Below are positions 44,748 to 55,035 of a stretch of DNA of 64,000 nt, one piece after another. The position numbers were made by a program, and so were the translations under genes. Source of the stretch: Nitrospirales bacterium (lineage in GTDB: Bacteria > Nitrospirota > Nitrospiria > Nitrospirales > UBA8639); NCBI GenBank assembly GCA_963555755.3, contig OY820905.2, positions 3,072,001-3,136,000 of the forward strand. The letters run 5' to 3'. Under the pieces are notes generated by a model. The model was not told where the DNA came from, did no database searches, and saw nothing but the letters and a program-made list of their open reading frames with translations. Positions within the stretch are counted from its first letter, which is position 1. Every line of letters starts with the position of its first letter.

Positions 44748-45830
44748 ATGCAACACCTAATCACAAAAATTGGAAAAGGCCAACGGGGCGTTCGAGACCT
44801 GACGTGGGATGAGTCGAAAGAGGCCATTCAGTTGATGATGGAAGGGAAAGTTACCGGTCATCAAGTGGGTGCATTTCTCATGGCCATGCGGATTAAATTG
44901 GAAGGCGTTCCCGAGCTCGCCGCGTTTACTGCCGCGACTCGATCCTACGTTGCTCCCCTTAGCATACCAGGCGACCCGACCGTGGTGGATGTTCCGGCCT
45001 ATGGAGAAAAGCACAACACGATTCATATCTGCCTCGCCGCCGCCTTTATCGCCGCTGCTGCCGGAGCAAAAATTTGCTTGCATAGCATCGGAAACCCCAC
45101 TGCATCCTCCGACCTTACACGGGTACTCGCCGAGCTAAGAATTCCGAACAATTTACAGGGGGAAGGTTTAACCCTGGTGCTCAAGGATTTCGGATTTGCT
45201 TACCTAGACTTGTCACTTTATCATCCGCCGTTGGTTCGCTTTCTTGAATTACGTGAGGAGCTTGGTGCGCAAAATCTCTTCCATCAAGTTGCGCGCCTGT
45301 TAAATCCCACGCGGGCACAGTCCCAAGTCATCGGGGTGGCCCATCCTCCGTATTTAGAGAAAATTCCCGAAGCGGTCTCCATGCTAGGCGGGGATCGCCT
45401 TGTAGTGTTCCAAGGAGTCGAGGGTTTTCCTGAGCTTTCAATCTCCACCCCGGCCCTTATGCGAGAGCTTCGAGATGATCGAGTCGTGCCCGTGCATTTG
45501 AAACCACAAGATGTTCGGTTGCCGTTGGGATCATTTCAAAATATGGCGATTCCACAACCCTCCTCCTCCATTTCGCTTCCCACGCAGGAAGCATTGATCA
45601 TCGCCAAAGTGTTAAATAATGAAATCACGGACTCCCTTAGGGATTGGACCCTCTACAATGCTGCGTTGCTACTGTATGCCGCAGGGCAAGCACCATCCAT
45701 AGCGGCCAGCGTTCCCCTTGCCCAACAAACCCTTGAGTCGGGTGTCGCCGCGAAAAAGCTTAAGGAACTGTCCACCGTATCATCCTCACCAACCACAACA
45801 ACTCCTGAGAAAAAGGTCGTCCACGCGTGA
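44748..45830 (+). CDS. Anthranilate phosphoribosyltransferase-like (YbiB/TrpD2) protein
   Basis: [40 protein letters not shown]; lacks the TrpD GTGGD motif. Confidence 0.8.
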   Translation: MQHLITKIGKGQRGVRDLTWDESKEAIQLMMEGKVTGHQVGAFLMAMRIKLEGVPELAAFTAATRSYVAPLSIPGDPTVVDVPAYGEKHNTIHICLAAAFIAAAAGAKICLHSIGNPTASSDLTRVLAELRIPNNLQGEGLTLVLKDFGFAYLDLSLYHPPLVRFLELREELGAQNLFHQVARLLNPTRAQSQVIGVAHPPYLEKIPEAVSMLGGDRLVVFQGVEGFPELSISTPALMRELRDDRVVPVHLKPQDVRLPLGSFQNMAIPQPSSSISLPTQEALIIAKVLNNEITDSLRDWTLYNAALLLYAAGQAPSIAASVPLAQQTLESGVAAKKLKELSTVSSSPTTTTPEKKVVHA

Positions 45831-46624
45831 GACATATTCGCCAACTCGAAGATCAAAGTGTGTATATTCTTCGGGAAGCCTATAAACACTTCGATAACTT
45901 GGGCATGCTGTGGTCCATGGGCAAAGACTCCACGGTCTTGCTTTGGCTGGCGCGAAAAGCATTTTTTGGGCAAGTGCCCTTTCCTCTCCTGCACGTGGAC
46001 ACCAGTTATAAGATTCCAGCCATGATTGAATACCGCGATCGCCTGGCACGCGAATGGCGACTCAACCTGGTTGTAGGGCAAAACACACAAGCCTTAGCCG
46101 ACGGCATGAATCATGAACGAGGCCGAGTGGAATGTTGCACCGCCCTCAAAACCAATGGACTCAAGATGTTATTGGAAGAGAAGGGATACACGGGGATTAT
46201 CTTGGGTGTCCGCGCTGATGAAGAAAGCACTCGCGCCAAAGAACGGTACTTCTCCCCACGCGATAAAAACAATGATTGGGATTTTCGAGATCAGCCTCCC
46301 GAGCTGTGGGACCAATTTAAAACATCCTTTCCTCCTGGCACACATATTCGAATTCACCCGCTTTTGGATTGGACGGAAATTAATATTTGGGAATACATTA
46401 AACTCGAAAACATTCCCTTCATGGACCTCTATTTAGATAAAGGTGCTGGCGTTCGGTATCGAAGTTTAGGCTGCGCCCCTTGCACCATGCCAATTCAATC
46501 GACGGCCACCACCGTGGATGAAATTATCGAAGAATTGCGCGCCACCAACGTGGCTGAACGATCCGGTCGCGCTCAAGACGAAGGCCGAGGAATGGAGTTA
46601 CTGCGCAAAGATGGCTACATGTAA
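45827..46624 (+). CDS. cysD: Sulfate adenylyltransferase subunit 2
   Basis: [31 protein letters not shown]. Confidence 0.95.
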   Translation: MRHIRQLEDQSVYILREAYKHFDNLGMLWSMGKDSTVLLWLARKAFFGQVPFPLLHVDTSYKIPAMIEYRDRLAREWRLNLVVGQNTQALADGMNHERGRVECCTALKTNGLKMLLEEKGYTGIILGVRADEESTRAKERYFSPRDKNNDWDFRDQPPELWDQFKTSFPPGTHIRIHPLLDWTEINIWEYIKLENIPFMDLYLDKGAGVRYRSLGCAPCTMPIQSTATTVDEIIEELRATNVAERSGRAQDEGRGMELLRKDGYM

Positions 46625-48482
46625 GACCGAACCTCAAGGCACCCCCCAAGATACAAACGAAATCCGGGATCGCATGGATATTGTGATCGTCGGACATGTG
46701 GACCACGGGAAATCGACTCTCCTTGGACGGTTGTATGCGGACACGGGCACGTTGTCGGAAGGTAAGGTAGAAAAAATTCAAGCCATCTGTAAACAGCAAG
46801 GCAAAGAATTTGAATACGCATTTTTGTTTGACGCGTTTTTAGAAGAACAGCAACAAGGCATTACCATTGACACTGCTCGCACGTTTTTCCAATGGGCTGG
46901 ACGTCAATACATCATCATTGACGCACCGGGACACAAAGAATTCCTGAAAAACATGATATCCGGCGCCGCGCGAGCCGAAGCCGCCTTACTTCTCATTGAC
47001 GCCCTCGAAGGCGTGAGGGAGCAATCCAAACGGCATGGCTTATTGCTGTCGATGTTGGGCGTCAAACAAGTCACGGTCGTGGTGAACAAAATGGACCTCG
47101 TCGGGTACCGGCAGGATACGTTTGATGGCATTGAAAAGGAATATCGAGAATTTCTTGCACAACTCAATGTTACACCTCAGTTTGTGATCCCAGCCAGCGC
47201 CAAACTCGGCGATAATATCGCCAAGCCTAGCCCGAACTTGTCGTGGTATACCGGGCCGACGGTGCTGGATTCCCTGGCCAAGTTTTCCTCGGAATCTGAA
47301 AAGGAAGAACAACCCCTGCGGTTTCCGATCCAAGACGTGTACAAATTCGATGCCCGTCGGATCTTAGCGGGACGCATCACATCCGGACGCGTTAAAGTGG
47401 GCGATCGTTTGATTTGCTCGCCATCGAATAAAACCGCTGTGGTGCAGAGTGTGGAAGCATTCAATATTGAACCGCCACCCACGCAAGCCTGGGCGGGGCA
47501 ATCCGTGGGTGTCACCCTGGATGAGCAAATTTTTGTGGAGCGTGGTGAGGTCCTCAGTCACGAGGATTCCCTTCCCTTGGTCTCAACCTCCTTTCGAGCG
47601 AATCTTTTTTGGCTCGGGCGACGTCCCCTCGAAATGAACAAACCCTATCTTGTTCGGTTAGGCACTCGCGAAGTGGAATGTCACGTGGTGGCGATTCATC
47701 GCATCGTGGATGCCAATGATCTCTCGCTGGATAACCAAGACACCAACACCGCGGTTCAACGAAACGAGGTGGCTGATATCACCCTCCAATCCAAAGCTCC
47801 TCTGGCTTTCGATTTGTACAATCATTTTGAAAGCACGGGACGTTTTGTTTTGGTGGATGACTATGATGTGGCAGGAGGCGGCATCATTACCGAGATGGTA
47901 GAAGATCGGGAAGAAACGTTGCGGGTTGAGGCACGGCAACGTGATTTTGCTTGGGTCCAAGGGGACGTCAGCTTGGCCGATCGTTCCCAACATTATGGCC
48001 ATCGCGCGGCGTTGGTTCTCTTGGTGGGACCGGACACGACCAGTAAAACCTTCTTGGCCAAAAAGCTCGAATCGGTGTTGGTGGCCGAAGGGCGACATGC
48101 CTATATGTTGGATGCGGAAAACCTGCGCCGTGGACTCGACGCGGATTTACCCGAAGAGGAAGCGTTGGAAATTGTTCGCCGATATGGCGAAGTTGCTAGG
48201 CTGCTGGTCGATACGGGATTGTTGGTGATTTCGACCACGAATTCTTTTCAACTTCCAGCCGATCAAGTCACCGAAGCCATTCGCACCTTGGTCCATCCTG
48301 CACATGTCCTCACCGTATACATGAGCAAGAATACCGGTACCCCCTCAATCCAGACTGATCTTTCCTTTGCCGGTCCTGAAGACTTTACGGCCACGGCCCA
48401 CGACATTCTTGAAGCTCTCAAACAAAAGGGCATTCTGGCCGAGGCGATTGGCAATCAACCCGGCTTTCAATTCTCGATTTAA
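46611..48482 (+). CDS. cysN: Sulfate adenylyltransferase subunit 1 with a degenerate APS-kinase-like C-terminal domain
   Basis: [24 protein letters not shown]-terminal [14 protein letters not shown]. Confidence 0.9.
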   Translation: MATCKTEPQGTPQDTNEIRDRMDIVIVGHVDHGKSTLLGRLYADTGTLSEGKVEKIQAICKQQGKEFEYAFLFDAFLEEQQQGITIDTARTFFQWAGRQYIIIDAPGHKEFLKNMISGAARAEAALLLIDALEGVREQSKRHGLLLSMLGVKQVTVVVNKMDLVGYRQDTFDGIEKEYREFLAQLNVTPQFVIPASAKLGDNIAKPSPNLSWYTGPTVLDSLAKFSSESEKEEQPLRFPIQDVYKFDARRILAGRITSGRVKVGDRLICSPSNKTAVVQSVEAFNIEPPPTQAWAGQSVGVTLDEQIFVERGEVLSHEDSLPLVSTSFRANLFWLGRRPLEMNKPYLVRLGTREVECHVVAIHRIVDANDLSLDNQDTNTAVQRNEVADITLQSKAPLAFDLYNHFESTGRFVLVDDYDVAGGGIITEMVEDREETLRVEARQRDFAWVQGDVSLADRSQHYGHRAALVLLVGPDTTSKTFLAKKLESVLVAEGRHAYMLDAENLRRGLDADLPEEEALEIVRRYGEVARLLVDTGLLVISTTNSFQLPADQVTEAIRTLVHPAHVLTVYMSKNTGTPSIQTDLSFAGPEDFTATAHDILEALKQKGILAEAIGNQPGFQFSI

Positions 48483-48562
48483 CCTCCCAGCTTTTTTTCT
48501 GCCCCCCACCATAAGAGCATCTTGATTCCTAGCGTTATGTTGTAAAAAACCTTGTACAAGAT

Positions 48563-48685
48563 CCGTTCGTCCTGAGTCTGTCGAAGGACAAGACGGTTGA
48601 ATAGGGTTCCTTCATGCCCTTCGATACACTCAGGAGAGCGTTCGACCGTCTGTCCTGAGCGAAGTCGAAGGGCTCAACACGAACG
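48563..48685. repeat. REP cluster (CTTCGA-n-CTCAGG family)
   Basis: tcctgagtctgtcgaagga, cccttcgatacactcagga, tcctgagcgaagtcgaaggg. Confidence 0.75.
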
Positions 48686-48725
48686 AAAGGTGAAAGGATT
48701 TGTGTCACACAACACTATGTGCTTG

Positions 48726-48892
48726 AACCTAGAAATGGCAGTTGGATCACAAAAGTCCGCGCAAGCTCTTGGCGCACCTAGCAAAATAAAAAAATGTCTT
48801 ATCACCACCAAGGTGACTACGACTTTTTTTATTTCACCAGGCACACCAATAGCTTACACGGCTTTTTTGCGCCCAACTGCCGTTTCTAGGTT
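48726..48892. mobile_element. MITE family D, copy 2
   Basis: Inverted near-copy of 15599-15765; supplies the gdx stop codon. Confidence 0.85.
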
Positions 48893-49203
48893 GAGGACAA
48901 CTTCAGGCCAACGATTCCAATCACAATCACAAAGATAAAAAACAAGCGCGCCAAGTCTCTGGGTTCGTTAAACAATATAATGCCCATTATAGCCACACCC
49001 ACGGCCCCAATTCCGGTCCAGACTGCATAAGCCGTTCCAATTGGTATGTCCCGCAAGGCCAACGCCAAACACACCATACTCACGCTTATCGCCGCCACCG
49101 TGCCCACGCTTGGCCACAACCGCGAAAACCCATCCGTATATTTGAGCCCCGTGGCCCACACAATTTCCAAACCACCGGCCACCAATAAATATACCCACGC
49201 CAT
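48886..49203 (-). CDS. sugE: SMR family exporter Gdx/SugE
   Basis: [47 protein letters not shown]. Confidence 0.93.
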   Translation of the reverse strand: MAWVYLLVAGGLEIVWATGLKYTDGFSRLWPSVGTVAAISVSMVCLALALRDIPIGTAYAVWTGIGAVGVAIMGIILFNEPRDLARLFFIFVIVIGIVGLKLSST

Positions 49204-49380
49204 ATCAACCTCCTTTGCCTGTCGGATCCTACCCCAAATGGCTCTTTGTAGCACGGCGGAGATGTTTAAGGAACGTCTGTTCTGCCCCGATCAGAGATTA
49301 CGGGGTAACAGCCCTGGCGCGTGACCGAAAGTTAGGATATAGTAGGGATAGGAAAACGGTGAAGCATAATATCAAACAAT

Positions 49381-49733
49381 GGGGGTGACTGGCTTCGACG
49401 GGGAACAAGAGGTCAACGGTGCGTGTCGAGCTCTCGGAGTCTCGTAAAACCTTCGGGAAACATATAATTGCCAACGAACCATTGGCTCTCGCAGCTTAAT
49501 TGACTGCGACGTCTCTCCATTCTCTGTCTGCGGGCATGGAAGAGGCGCTACTTTAGCAGGCTGGTCCAATGCTGGTGCTCCAGCGGCTGCGGATGAGACC
49601 TTTCTGGGCTAGCGAACGCTCTAAGCCGGTCAGTGGGCGTGGGCGGACGCGAATTTTAAAACATTGACTACACACGTAGGACCATTGTGCTGAATGTCTT
49701 CGGACGCGGGTTCAAATCCCGCCACCTCCACCA
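49381..49733 (+). ncRNA. ssrA: tmRNA, tag peptide (A)ANEPLALAA
   Basis: GGGGGTGA...TTCGAC 5' end, tag ORF 49470-49499, T arm GGTTCAAATCC, 3' end CACCTCCACCA. Confidence 0.97.
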
Positions 49734-49775
49734 ATACATTGTCCTAGGATGTCCAATAAAGGACAATGACCAACG

Positions 49776-49803
49776 AAAAAGCCGCTTATATAGCGGCTTT
49801 TTT
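49776..49803 (+). terminator. Terminator after ssrA
   Basis: AAAAAGCCGCT-tatat-AGCGGCTTTTT. Confidence 0.75.
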
Positions 49804-50064
49804 GTTTTTAATCCTCCGGCAAAGGTTCATCAAATCCATTGACATCTGGGGGCAGCATTGGGTCCTGATCGGTTATGAAAAAAACGAGTCAGGAGAGGCT
49901 ACACGGCGGGGGCAACATTGGAGGAAACAGTGAAACTTTCCAATGAAAACATCTTTTAACATCCGATAGTTAACAGACTTTTTGGTAGTCGCCACCCCAT
50001 AACAAGGCCCTTGGACTCCGACCAGTCCGAGGGCTTTGTGTTGAGGCTTCCCATATATCTTTTA

Positions 50065-50819
50065 GGGCATTGGTAATGTAATAGATATTCAAGTTCGCCG
50101 TTCCACTTTGCCATCAGGAGCAGGACCGAATACCGCAACCTCCTTTCGCTTTTGCTATAACACTTCGTGCTCCCGCGAAAGCGGGCCAGAAAGTGGCGGA
50201 ACACACTATTGTAGCCTTCGACGGTGAAGGTTTCCGATTTCGACTGGATGTGGTACTCCGGGGGCACAAAGTGCTCATACGGTTCCCAGTAGTCTGTCAT
50301 GACTTGGGCAAGCAGCGGACTCTTCATGGCATCCCACAAGTGTTCCCCAGTTACGACCCCTCGGGTGCCAGTGACAACATGGAGGAAGCGTTTCCCAAGT
50401 CGATCAACAGCAATCCAGCTCCAGCAATAGTTTTTTTATGCCCCACATAGCTATGCAGCTCATCGAGTTCGACAATCTGGGCGGAGGGGCGCTTGATCTG
50501 AGCCACCTCTTTCCCCAAGGCGTGGATCCATTGGTAGATCGCCACATGCCTAAACCCTAAAATCCGACCAATCGACCGAAAGCCCGGGCCTTCCAAGTAC
50601 AGAGTCACGGCCAGGCGGCGTTGGGCTGAGGTGGAAGTATCGGACTTGTGGGAAACCGTGTACAGATACTGGCATTCTTTGCACTTATAGCGCTGGCGGC
50701 CGATAAGGATTCCACTTTTGACTCGGGCAGCACTGGAACATCGCGGACAATTCAACATAGGCATCTCCCCCAAAAATAAGGAAAGGAGCGTACCAAATAT
50801 CTATCAAATTAACGATACC
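50065..50819 (-). mobile_element. IS1-family element with a two-ORF, frameshift-type transposase (50351-50773 and ~50067-50440)
   Basis: CPRCSS...GRQRYKCKEC, VELDELHSYVGHKK, TDYWEPY, VEGYNSVFRHFLARF; A7C slippery site; end-like GGGCATTGGTAAT and TTAACGATACC. Confidence 0.85.
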
Positions 50820-50888
50820 TCATTATTATTGGCTCTTGACACGTTCTTCAACATTCACGTGTCTGGTCAAATATTGCCGGGCAACCCG

Positions 50889-51640
50889 TTCAGCCCTTGG
50901 ATCGAACACGGTCCAAGGGCTTCTATATTGACCAGACCTGAGCCAAAACCTTCAGAAATTAAAACGATTCACCGATAAAGATAGATTATGCCTTCCCATT
51001 TAACTAAGGTTGCTTCAGTTTATTGAATCCCAAGGGTTTTGAGCTGCTGGTCAGGATTTTCAACAAACTCTGGAAGGTACTCATTGGAGTCTCACGGCGG
51101 TTATAGCGAAAGACAAACTCATCAAGATAGTGTTGCAGGTATTTTGAATCCACTCCATGGTGAATCCCGTTCAGCCAGGTCTGCAGATTGCCGAACGCTC
51201 TATGGATGTGTGGAGCGTGCTTCCCAGCACTTGCTGGGTCACCCTGGGTCCGTCTCAGGTGTTCGTATCCTGCCAAGGCTTTTGCCGAGTATCCCTTCCA
51301 ACCATCGGACTTGATCTTACTGCCCTCAGCGACATGGCTATTGAGGAATGCTTTGATCTCGTTCTCTCCAGCGTCTTGAAGAATCGCTAATCGTAAACGC
51401 CCTGCTTTCTCTCGAAAGTGATCCCCTTGTGTGTACGTGACAATTTCTACGGCTCCGGCTATTAACGTCTTGGTTTTCGCTTTCGCGACGCCACGGCCCG
51501 TTTTGCCTTTTACCGGTCCACCGATATGGGTTTCATCGGCTTCAACTGTTCCTGCGAGCCGTTCACGGTTCTGTCGTACCATTCCTCGTCGCAATCTGTG
51601 GAGCAAATACCAGGCGCTTGATACTGAGTTGACGCTGCAA
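50889..51640. repeat. Tandem duplicate of 51641-~52406, including a truncated IS1595 transposase (51004-51606)
   Basis: Near-identical direct repeat offset by 752 bp, with 3-bp and 11-bp deletions. Confidence 0.9.
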
Positions 51641-51741
51641 TTCAGCCCTTGGATCGAACACGGTCCAAGGGCTTCTATATTGACCAGACCTGAGCCAAAA
51701 CCTTCAGAAATTAAAACGATTCACCTTAGATAAAGATAGAT

Positions 51742-52753
51742 TATGCCTTCCCATTTAACTAAGGTTGCTTCAGTTTATTGAATCCCAAGGGTTTTGAGCT
51801 GCTGGTCAGGATTTTCAACAAACTCTGGAAGGTACTCATTGGAGTCTCACGGCGGTTATAGCGAAAGACAAACTCATCAAGATAGTGTTGCAGGTATTTT
51901 GAATCCACTCCATGGTGAATCCCGTTCAGCCAGGTCTGCAGATTGCCGAACGCTCTATGGATGTGTGGAGCGTGCTTCCCAGCACTTGCTGGGTCACCCT
52001 GGGTCCGTCTCAGGTGTTCGTATCCTGCCAAGGCTTTTGCCGAGTATCCCTTCCAACCATCGGACTTGATCTTACTGCCCTCAGCGACATGGCTATTGAG
52101 GAATGCTTTGATCTCGTTCTCTCCAGCGTCTTGAAGAATCGCTAATCGTAAACGCCCTGCTTTCTCTCGAAAGTGATCCCCTTGTGTGTACGTGACAATT
52201 TCTACGGCTCCGGCTATTAACGTCTTGGTTTTCGCTTTCGCGACGCCACGGCCCGTTTTGCCTTTTACCGGTCCACCGATATGGGTTTCATCGGCTTCAA
52301 CTGTTCCTGCGAGCCGTTCACGGTTCTGTCGTACCATTCCTCGTCGCAATCTGTGGAGCAAATACCAGGCGCTATCCACCTTCTTGATACTGAGTTGACG
52401 CTGCAATTGCACAGCACTGATGCCAGGTGTGTGCGTGGAGACGAAATAGGCAGCCCAAAACCAAAGCCGTAGCGGCAAGTGCGATCTATGCATCACTGTG
52501 CCGCTTAGCGGTGATGTCTGTCTATGACACGACGAACACTCAAACCGGAAATATTTTTTGAGCCACCAACCACCGCGATGACCGCAAGCTGGACACATAA
52601 ACCCGTCTGGCCACCGAATCGCCCGCAAGTACTCGAAGCACGCTTCTTCGGTGTGGAACCTAACAGAAAAATCCAAGATATCAGCAGCATACCCTGTGTC
52701 CATAGTCCAGCAGACTAGTCTAGGGACTAACCTTAGTCAAATGGGAAGGCATA
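51742..52753 (-). mobile_element. IS1595-family insertion sequence (1012 bp)
   Basis: TIR TATGCCTTCCCATTT(A/G)ACTAAGGTT; 8-bp TSD AGATAGAT. Confidence 0.92.
51759..52703 (-). CDS. IS1595-family transposase
   Basis: RWPDGFMCPAC, VEADETHIGG, SDGWKGY, YLDEFVFRYNRR. Confidence 0.95.
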   Translation of the reverse strand: MDTGYAADILDFSVRFHTEEACFEYLRAIRWPDGFMCPACGHRGGWWLKKYFRFECSSCHRQTSPLSGTVMHRSHLPLRLWFWAAYFVSTHTPGISAVQLQRQLSIKKVDSAWYLLHRLRRGMVRQNRERLAGTVEADETHIGGPVKGKTGRGVAKAKTKTLIAGAVEIVTYTQGDHFREKAGRLRLAILQDAGENEIKAFLNSHVAEGSKIKSDGWKGYSAKALAGYEHLRRTQGDPASAGKHAPHIHRAFGNLQTWLNGIHHGVDSKYLQHYLDEFVFRYNRRETPMSTFQSLLKILTSSSKPLGFNKLKQP

Positions 52754-52807
52754 AGATAGATAATAGAGGGAAAGTTTTGGAGGCCTTTAGATTAGGAGGT
52801 CATCTCC

Positions 52808-53293
52808 ATGAAAACGAAATCCCTTTTCTCCAACATGGTCATGACGATAGGGGGCGCAGTCGCGCTACTCACTTTTCTCCCCTCCGATTCCTGGGCTTGC
52901 CACGATTATCCCAACCCCATCGCATTCCAACATCCTCTCTCAAATGAATCAGATCTGCTCCCCAATGGCATGATGGCCATTGTGTATCAGCATGAACAAG
53001 GCGAACAGGTGATTCATGTCACAGTCCATCGCATTCATATGGTCATGGCCGGATATCACCCACACCTACCGGAACGACAAGACCCAAAATATATTGTGTT
53101 GCAAACCGACGGCACGCTCAGCTCCATGACCTACGTCATCATTGCGAATGCCTTGTATTATGGAACTGGACGGGACTCGCTTGGATTCCCCACCAAAACC
53201 TGGATCGACTCGAAGGAAGACGGGCTCAATGGAAACGAGCGAGCCACTTTTCAAACGGCAAAACTCCAAGAAAAAATGGCCTCAGTCCGCTAA
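52808..53293 (+). CDS. Exported hypothetical protein
   Basis: RBS AGGAGG, signal peptide ending SWA, C-terminal WIDSKEDGLNGNE. Confidence 0.75.
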   Translation: MKTKSLFSNMVMTIGGAVALLTFLPSDSWACHDYPNPIAFQHPLSNESDLLPNGMMAIVYQHEQGEQVIHVTVHRIHMVMAGYHPHLPERQDPKYIVLQTDGTLSSMTYVIIANALYYGTGRDSLGFPTKTWIDSKEDGLNGNERATFQTAKLQEKMASVR

Positions 53294-53397
53294 AACGTTT
53301 CGGACTCGGAATCTTCTTTAGTGGGAGTGCCGAATAATTCAATAAAATTATCTTGGTTTGGGACGACTGACTCACATTTTTATTTGTCTGAAGGAAA

Positions 53398-53518
53398 GGG
53401 GCTGTTCAAAAAGGCCCGTCCAGCAAGGCCGCAGGGGCTTTGACGCGCGGAGCGTACGGTAGTACGTGAGCACGACAAAGACCCGAGAACGCCGCTGGCG
53501 GACTTTTTCAACAGCCCC
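53398..53518. mobile_element. MITE family B copy
   Basis: ggggctgttcaaaaagg...ctttttcaacagcccc; abuts the stop of the receiver gene. Confidence 0.85.
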
Positions 53519-53911
53519 TTAATCAAATACCAACGTGCACTTCTCTCGTAAATGGTGAGGGTCGATCGGCTTGAGCATGTAATCGGTCGCGCCTTCTTCT
53601 ACCGCCCGGACTAGCCCCATCACATTTTCCTGGATGGACAACGCAATAATCGGAACGTTGGGGTGTATTTTCCTGAGATATCTGAGCATCGACACCCCAT
53701 CATTGCCCGACATTTCCAGATTTAAAAGAATCCCTTTGATACATGAGGCCTTGAAGAAGTCGTTTCGTTGAAGGCCTTCCCGGCACGTGGCCACGTCAAA
53801 TTCCATCTGTCTGAGATACTCTGTGACGGATATTAGAAGGTCCTGATTTTCACTGACAATCAGAATCCCTTTCCCATTCATATTCGACTCCTTACTATTC
53901 CAATCCGGCAT
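53519..53911 (-). CDS. Single-domain response regulator receiver (atypical)
   Basis: ILIVSEN, ILLNLEM..DG, PIIALS, GATDYMLKPID. Confidence 0.8.
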   Translation of the reverse strand: MPDWNSKESNMNGKGILIVSENQDLLISVTEYLRQMEFDVATCREGLQRNDFFKASCIKGILLNLEMSGNDGVSMLRYLRKIHPNVPIIALSIQENVMGLVRAVEEGATDYMLKPIDPHHLREKCTLVFD

Positions 53912-54125
53912 AGCGAGCTCACCCCTTAAAAGATAAACGCACGAAGGAGTATTTGGTTGACAGGGAAAGAAATAATATAGAGTTTAAGGCTAGTTACAGG
54001 AGGAAAGGGACTTTTAAAAAGGCTTGCCCTCGCAGAGGCAAGGTCCCCCTTTGGAAAAGGGGGTGGGGGGGGATTTTCAAATCAATTGGTCCTTTGAATC
54101 CTCCGATGGCTTGGGAGGGGATGAA

Positions 54126-54484
54126 TTAACTCTTTATCATTTCGAGCCGGGTATCAAATTCATGGTCACACGACAGACAACGAATGCAGTCAGACTCGAC
54201 CGTGGGTTCATCATCCCGGATGCCCATCCCGCCACAATCGGGACACCGGGCTAAGTAAAGCGCCTCGTCTTTGAGATTTTCAAACCGCGTGCCCCGTAAA
54301 ATAAATAGGCTCGCCCTCTAGCAGCCAAGGCTGGCCCGCCTTGTCCACAACAGGAAGTGAAATATAATGATGGTTGGCATAGTCCTGGAGCTCTTCATAC
54401 ATCTCAAACCCGTCCTTAATGAACTTCCCGGTCTTCGCCTCATAAGATAGCGAAAACTTTCACGATCACTTTCGTCAGCCCCAT
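54126..54484 (-). pseudogene. Frameshifted small Zn-ribbon protein gene
   Basis: RBS GGAGG and ATG. Segments LSYEAKTGKF..LPVVDKAGQPWLLEGEP / RCPDCGGMGIR / CIRCLSCDHEFDTRLEM lie in different frames. Confidence 0.55.
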
Positions 54485-54696
54485 GTGACACCTCCTTGTT
54501 TAAAGGGTAGTCCCATCTGACAGGGGATGTAGGTTTCCAAGTATGCCATAAGGTGCCGATCCAGAAGCAAGAGATTTGTGCATCAGGTTTTTGGAAGTCT
54601 ATAATTCACTCCAGAGGAAAATCTCTACCTCCCCTTGCCCCTCCTTACAAAGGAGGGGAATTTTTGGGTTGTTAAGAATTCCATAAGGAGGACTGT

Positions 54697-55035
54697 ATGA
54701 GTCTTGCTGATAATCAATGTGTGCCGTGTCGGGGTGGGGTGCCGCCGGTTGAGCCGGCGAAGGCGCAGGAATTACTTGGGCAGTTGGAGAAAGGGTGGGC
54801 GCTGAATCCAGAAGGCCACCTTGAACGGGCCTACGAATTCAAGAATTTTGCTGAGGCTCTCGACTTTGTGAACAAAGTCGGGGCAATTGCGGAAGACCAA
54901 GGCCATCATCCTGATCTGTTCTTGGCCTGGGGCAAGTGCAAGGTGGAAATTTGGACGCATAAGATTCAAGGCCTGACCGAGAGCGATTTCTTTTTCGCGG
55001 CCAAAGCAGATCGGGTGTTCGCTAGCAATGCCTGA
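54697..55035 (+). CDS. phhB: Pterin-4-alpha-carbinolamine dehydratase
   Basis: CVPCRGG, AEDQGHHPD, IWTHKIQGLTESDF. Confidence 0.92.
   Translation: MSLADNQCVPCRGGVPPVEPAKAQELLGQLEKGWALNPEGHLERAYEFKNFAEALDFVNKVGAIAEDQGHHPDLFLAWGKCKVEIWTHKIQGLTESDFFFAAKADRVFASNA

Noticed and set aside
48597..48938. Similar ORFs at 48597-48938 and 15466-15801
   Set aside because: The similarity comes from MITE family D sequence, not from a protein family.
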